Origin: a virus
DNA length: 35,945 nt
Virus record (IMG/VR): IMGVR_UViG_3300030330_006157
Span: 1 to 35,945 of that record
Direction: 5' to 3' (one strand)
Part shown: positions 32,179 through 35,945 of the stretch, piece by piece
Layout of the letters: each line of letters begins with the position of its first letter
Numbering within the stretch: the stretch's first letter is position 1
Notes under the pieces: generated by a model
Databases searched by the model: none
The model's input: the letters and a program-made list of their open reading frames with translations, nothing else
Told to the model about the DNA's origin: nothing
Translations under genes and position numbers: made by a program

Positions 32179-34408
32179 TTTCAAATTGTTTTTCTCGTTC
32201 TAACTCCATATCTCTTATTGTTTTTTCTTTTTCCAATAAGAAGTCCCTTGTAGCTTGACCTTGTTGCAATGCAAAATCACGCTTTGCATTATTTTCATTT
32301 TTAGCAAGATCAGCGGCTATTTTTTCTCTATCTACTTGGTTTTTGTCTTCTTTAACCGCCACCTCTCTATCTTTAAGCTGCATTTCAGCCATTTGCATTT
32401 GCTGTGCTTGCTCTTGAGCTTGTTGTTGCGCTATTTCAGCTTGACTCGGCTGGTTGTCGTCTTCTTCGTCAAGTATAATGTTTTCAATCTCTTCAATAGC
32501 TCCTAGTTGTTTTAATTGATAGGCTAGTAGTGCTTTATATGCTTTTTGCGATATACCACCAGCTTGAACAATAGGAAATAATTTGTTGGCAGTATCAGTC
32601 ATGGTGTTGACTATCTCCATTGCTTCGGCTTGCCTTCTTTCTTTGTCGATCTGAATGGTTGAATCAGTCTCAATATCTATTCTATATTCACGTAGTGAAT
32701 CGTTTTTTAATATCTCATCAATTTCAGGCACTATTGCCGCATCAATCGCCTTATTTTCCTTAATCATTTTTTCAAAAGGTCGCAATTGGTCGGCTATTGC
32801 TTGATTTACTTGCTGATTGACTTGCTCTTGTGCATCGTCTGGCAAGTCTTGCATTGGCACTGTATTGGCAATATTATTAACTATAGTGGTTTGTATTTCT
32901 TGGCTAATAGCTTGCAGATCTATTATTTCCATGCCTGAAATATAAGCTAGTTCTTCCACAGTCCAGTTAGCAGAATATAGTTGAGCTGTTAGCCTGACTA
33001 GATCACGGCAAAAGTGTTGTACTTCTTTTTGCTGTGGTTGTATTCTCGATATTGCAAAGTTACCTTTGATTCTTTGAGCGGTCGCCGTTTCTTCTGCATT
33101 GGTAGAGCCTCTAACTAGATCAGAAACGCCTGATATTTGCTCTACAATAGCTATAGCTTGCTGTCTTTGTTGATATAAAGCCACTAAAGTGTCAACAATA
33201 GGCTGTATCTCTTTAAAATAGATCTTGTCGGATATTCTCTCACCTGTTGCAATGTTTTTAACTGGCGAAAATACGCCGTCATCATTACTAAGGAAATTTT
33301 GTATATCTTTTTGACTAATTACCGCATCATAAAGCCCAGCTACTCGCACTTGCTCTATAAGTGCGCTAATTCTTTGCGATAAAAAGCTAATTTCTTGAGC
33401 TTGAGCCTTATACTGCGTATAATCCGGAATAGGAATAATGCTATTAATACCTGACTCAATCCCTAATGGCTTAGGAATACACCAGAAATCATCGAAGCCG
33501 TAAAAGTCTGACGTTTCTTTAATTACTTTATTAGCTACAGCACTTTCAGTGTAGAATATTATTTTTCTTTCTGTTTTATCCCAAATTTCCCATACTTCGC
33601 AAGTTCTAAAAAGACCATTTTTAACAGCTGCGTTGGTATCTGATGAATCATTATAATTACCTACCTCTTTTGTTTTATTAAATGTTACATTCTTAGCCTT
33701 TCTTGCGCCAAATTTAGCTTTAAACTCATCTTTTGTAAACTCATGTCGAAAAGCGATCCAGTCAACATCTTCCCACTGTCTGGCTGGCTGTATTAGCAGA
33801 TCGTCCCACGGCACGTAATCAAGAGTAACTTTTTTTTCGCCTGGCATTTCCATCTTGCTTTTTTCAATAACAACTTCACCAGTATCAGTCATTATTTCTT
33901 GTTCTTGCTCTTCTTTGATTATCTCTTGCTCAAAACCCACTCGAACAACGCCTTTTTTAACTATTAAGAAATCATCACGGGCTTTTGCAATCTTTGTTAC
34001 CGCATCTTCTTTGTCAAGAGTGCATGATACAGCACGCTCTAATAATGTAGATATAGTGCCACTTACATTGTCTTGCTGGATATTTCTTCTTCTGATCTGC
34101 GGTACTGGTAAATTGGAAAAGATAAGCGGTCTAAGTGTTTCAATATTGGAGTATAGGACATTAAATCGATCTTGTAGCCCTGCGTAAGTGCTGGTACTCT
34201 CATCATATTTAGCAGTAACCACATTTGCCCTAGCTTGGTCAAGTGTTTTGTTCTGAAAAGTGCGCACATACTCATTAGCCATGCACACATATTCATTTTG
34301 ATACTGCTTAGCAAGTTTTATTTCTTCCTGCCATCTAATATATTTACCCTCTTCGCTACCGTATTGCTCTTTTAATTCAGCAATTTCTGTTATTTGTTCT
34401 GTTTCCAA
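32171..34408 (-). CDS. Portal protein with a long C-terminal helical extension
   Basis: 745 aa, positioned between terL and the scaffold gene. The C-terminal 120 aa or so are Q/E/K-rich and helical, resembling a P22-type barrel. The start is TTG directly after an in-frame TAA. Confidence 0.75.
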   Translation of the reverse strand: METEQITEIAELKEQYGSEEGKYIRWQEEIKLAKQYQNEYVCMANEYVRTFQNKTLDQARANVVTAKYDESTSTYAGLQDRFNVLYSNIETLRPLIFSNLPVPQIRRRNIQQDNVSGTISTLLERAVSCTLDKEDAVTKIAKARDDFLIVKKGVVRVGFEQEIIKEEQEQEIMTDTGEVVIEKSKMEMPGEKKVTLDYVPWDDLLIQPARQWEDVDWIAFRHEFTKDEFKAKFGARKAKNVTFNKTKEVGNYNDSSDTNAAVKNGLFRTCEVWEIWDKTERKIIFYTESAVANKVIKETSDFYGFDDFWCIPKPLGIESGINSIIPIPDYTQYKAQAQEISFLSQRISALIEQVRVAGLYDAVISQKDIQNFLSNDDGVFSPVKNIATGERISDKIYFKEIQPIVDTLVALYQQRQQAIAIVEQISGVSDLVRGSTNAEETATAQRIKGNFAISRIQPQQKEVQHFCRDLVRLTAQLYSANWTVEELAYISGMEIIDLQAISQEIQTTIVNNIANTVPMQDLPDDAQEQVNQQVNQAIADQLRPFEKMIKENKAIDAAIVPEIDEILKNDSLREYRIDIETDSTIQIDKERRQAEAMEIVNTMTDTANKLFPIVQAGGISQKAYKALLAYQLKQLGAIEEIENIILDEEDDNQPSQAEIAQQQAQEQAQQMQMAEMQLKDREVAVKEDKNQVDREKIAADLAKNENNAKRDFALQQGQATRDFLLEKEKTIRDMELEREKQFENA

Positions 34409-34412
34409 TTAT

Positions 34413-34544
34413 TTATTTCTTTTTCTTAGTATTGGTCATTTTCTTAGTATTGGTCATTTTCTTACCAGTTGCTTTGGCTGCTTTTTTAGCTGCTGAAACT
34501 CCTTTTTTAGTATATGGAAAATTTTTATTGTTTACTTTTGGCAT
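34413..34544 (-). CDS. Lys-rich microprotein (43 aa) containing a tandem KKMTNT duplication
   Basis: Translation is MPKVNNKNFPYTKKGVSAAKKAAKATGKKMTNTKKMTNTKKKK. The 18-bp unit ttcttagtattggtcatt occurs twice in tandem (34423-34458). Confidence 0.45.
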   Translation of the reverse strand: MPKVNNKNFPYTKKGVSAAKKAAKATGKKMTNTKKMTNTKKKK

Positions 34545-34579
34545 TGTTTTATTGATTTATTGTTATTAATTAATTGTTA

Positions 34580-34831
34580 CTACCATTTTTCGTGATTCGC
34601 CCACCAAGCCGCTGACATCTTGCCTTTAGCGATGTTTTTGGCGTGTCTTGCTTTAAACGATCTTGCTCTTGCGGTGTTAGTTTTATCACCTGACACACCT
34701 TGCTGACCAAACCTGATTAATTTAACTTGGTCGCCACTCTTAGCTAAAACTGCGTGACTTTTTTTAGCGCTTGGCGTTCTTTTAGGCTTGTTATATCCTG
34801 AGAACTTTTCGCCTCTATATGTAATTGTCAT
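34580..34831 (-). CDS. Conserved-looking small basic protein
   Basis: 83 aa, immediately downstream of terL: KPKRTPSAKKSHAVLAKSGDQVKLIRFGQQG...SFKARHAKNIAKGKMSAAWWANHEKW. Confidence 0.6.
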   Translation of the reverse strand: MTITYRGEKFSGYNKPKRTPSAKKSHAVLAKSGDQVKLIRFGQQGVSGDKTNTARARSFKARHAKNIAKGKMSAAWWANHEKW

Positions 34832-34835
34832 GTTA

Positions 34836-35945
34836 TCAATTGTTAATTATGTTATATAATGCAAATTGCTCTGTATTCTTTCTTTCTTCATCAACAACTA
34901 ACGGTCTAGTCATGCAAAGATAACGCAATGTATCTACTGCATGATCTTCTAATTTAGTGTTAAGATCTTCAGCGTTTGTATTGTCGTACTGCATTATCGG
35001 CAATGTTCTAAGAAGATTCTTGCAATTGTCAAAAAAATATAAAAGCGGTCTATTTTCGCTTGCCTCTTCACCTGCTAGCCTGCGGCGTATCTGTTGCCAA
35101 CCTGGTATCCGTTTATTATCTGCTTTCATGAAATGAATGTCATTTCTAATGAAATCTTCGTAAATACTTATACCGCCATTATTGGCATAAATAGCAGGAT
35201 CTGCAACGCTTGTAGCTATCTCTTCATTTTCCAGCTCTTTAATTCTGGTTGCTATTTGTGTGTTGGTGAATTTAACGCCGCTGTTAAACTTTTCACGCTC
35301 GCAGCCGTAAAACTCCCTATAAATAACTATTGAGCCACGTGGCAGCCAACGCCCTTGGTGTTCTATCCCATCTGATACTGCGCCCCACAAAACACAAAAG
35401 GGGGCGGAGTAGCCCCAATCCATAGCCCTTATCCTTGCCCAGTGTTGTGGTATTTCGAAAGGAGCAACAACATGGGTTGAAGCCTCGAACTGGTCAAAAT
35501 AAGCCCCTTCGATTGCGTCCCAATCACCTTCGAGCATTGCCTTGGCTAATGCACCGCCTAGCCCTAGCAACTTATCTTCATAGGTCGGATCATTTTCAAG
35601 CATTGTCGGGTTGTCTGTAAGCCGTGCAGGTATAAACTGTCTAAGCATCCCCCCTTGATCTGCATCTTGCCGATAAAGCTTTAAAGGCTCTTTATTGTCT
35701 ATAAAATATCTTTTTACAAACTCATGACCCTCGCCGCCTGGATTCGATGAAGTGAAGATCTTAGGGAGTTTATTTTCAAACTCTTTACCAACCTTTAAGC
35801 CGCCCAGCCTTACCCTTGAGCGCAAAAATTTATATATATACTCATCAAAGTGCGTAAGCTCATCAATAAATAATACATTAATCTCGACGCCTTGATACTT
35901 TAAAACGTCCTTTTGATACTGGCAATGACATAAATGGATTTTAGC
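34836..35945 (-). CDS. terL: Terminase large subunit, C-terminal part (continues from 1..381; 35847..35945 duplicates 1..99)
   Basis: The frame is open upstream of the track start at 35825 to the window end. It reads AKIHLCHCQYQKDVLKYQGVEINVLFIDELTHFDEY (Walker B-like hhhhDE), followed by a nuclease-like half. The joined gene is 1392 nt (463 aa). Confidence 0.85.
   Translation of the reverse strand, partial: AKIHLCHCQYQKDVLKYQGVEINVLFIDELTHFDEYIYKFLRSRVRLGGLKVGKEFENKLPKIFTSSNPGGEGHEFVKRYFIDNKEPLKLYRQDADQGGMLRQFIPARLTDNPTMLENDPTYEDKLLGLGGALAKAMLEGDWDAIEGAYFDQFEASTHVVAPFEIPQHWARIRAMDWGYSAPFCVLWGAVSDGIEHQGRWLPRGSIVIYREFYGCEREKFNSGVKFTNTQIATRIKELENEEIATSVADPAIYANNGGISIYEDFIRNDIHFMKADNKRIPGWQQIRRRLAGEEASENRPLLYFFDNCKNLLRTLPIMQYDNTNAEDLNTKLEDHAVDTLRYLCMTRPLVVDEERKNTEQFALYNIINN
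35847..35945. repeat. Terminal duplication, copy 2 (identical to 1..99)
   Basis: Exact 99-bp match to the window start. Confidence 0.9.

Noticed and set aside
35825-35825. The track start MRSRV... at 35825 as the true terL start
   Set aside because: The frame stays open upstream to the window end and continues into 1..381, which contains the Walker A motif. A terminase lacking it would be non-functional.
35847-35945. The 99-bp end repeat as a genuine phage direct terminal repeat or mobile-element LTR
   Set aside because: The repeat lies inside the terL coding sequence and the frame is continuous across it. It is most simply explained as the overlap left by assembling a circular or circularly permuted molecule.
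1-35945. A T7-like replication and transcription set (RNA polymerase, DNA polymerase, primase-helicase), expected from the podovirus-like structural order
   Set aside because: No ORF is large enough or has the corresponding motifs on the early arm. The genome instead has a lambdoid-style initiator and a recombination module, so it should not be described as T7-like beyond gene order in the structural arm.

Overview
The window is a complete, circularly closed phage genome. Its first 99 bases are repeated exactly at the end, so the unique length is 35,846 bp, and the terminase large-subunit gene reads in frame across the junction. The DNA is visibly AT-rich. Most genes lack a Shine-Dalgarno sequence (common start context AAAACTATGAC), and several sigma70-type promoters (TTGACT-N16/17-TAnnnT) are present.

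There are two arms. The plus strand (about 1.2-14.3 kb) carries early, lysogeny, replication and recombination genes:
- small early genes and an excisionase-like HTH protein;
- a 1.16-kb ORF-free region packed with repeats;
- a FimB-sized tyrosine recombinase;
- a face-to-face promoter switch;
- replication organiser genes;
- a ParA plus ribbon-helix-helix partition operon;
- a Bet/RecT, YqaJ exonuclease and VRR-NUC recombination module.

The minus strand (14.3-35.9 kb, wrapping to 1.06 kb) looks like one long late arm. In order it encodes a Cys-rich secreted peptide, terS, terL, small basic proteins, portal, scaffold, major capsid, adaptor/nozzle-like and internal-virion-like proteins, two fibre genes (one of 1616 aa), membrane proteins, spanin-like ORFs and an M15 peptidase endolysin.

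I recognised no DNA polymerase, RNA polymerase, tRNA, CRISPR array or reverse transcriptase.

The most unusual content is regulatory and related to plasmid-like maintenance:
- a mirror-ordered array of three families of 11-bp iterons;
- a possible orphan non-coding transcription unit;
- a 16-bp operator shared by three promoters;
- a recombinase module and a type Ib-like partition operon together in a podovirus-like genome, suggesting a phage-plasmid or dual lifestyle.

All functional calls rest on motifs read by eye and on gene order. No database search was run.
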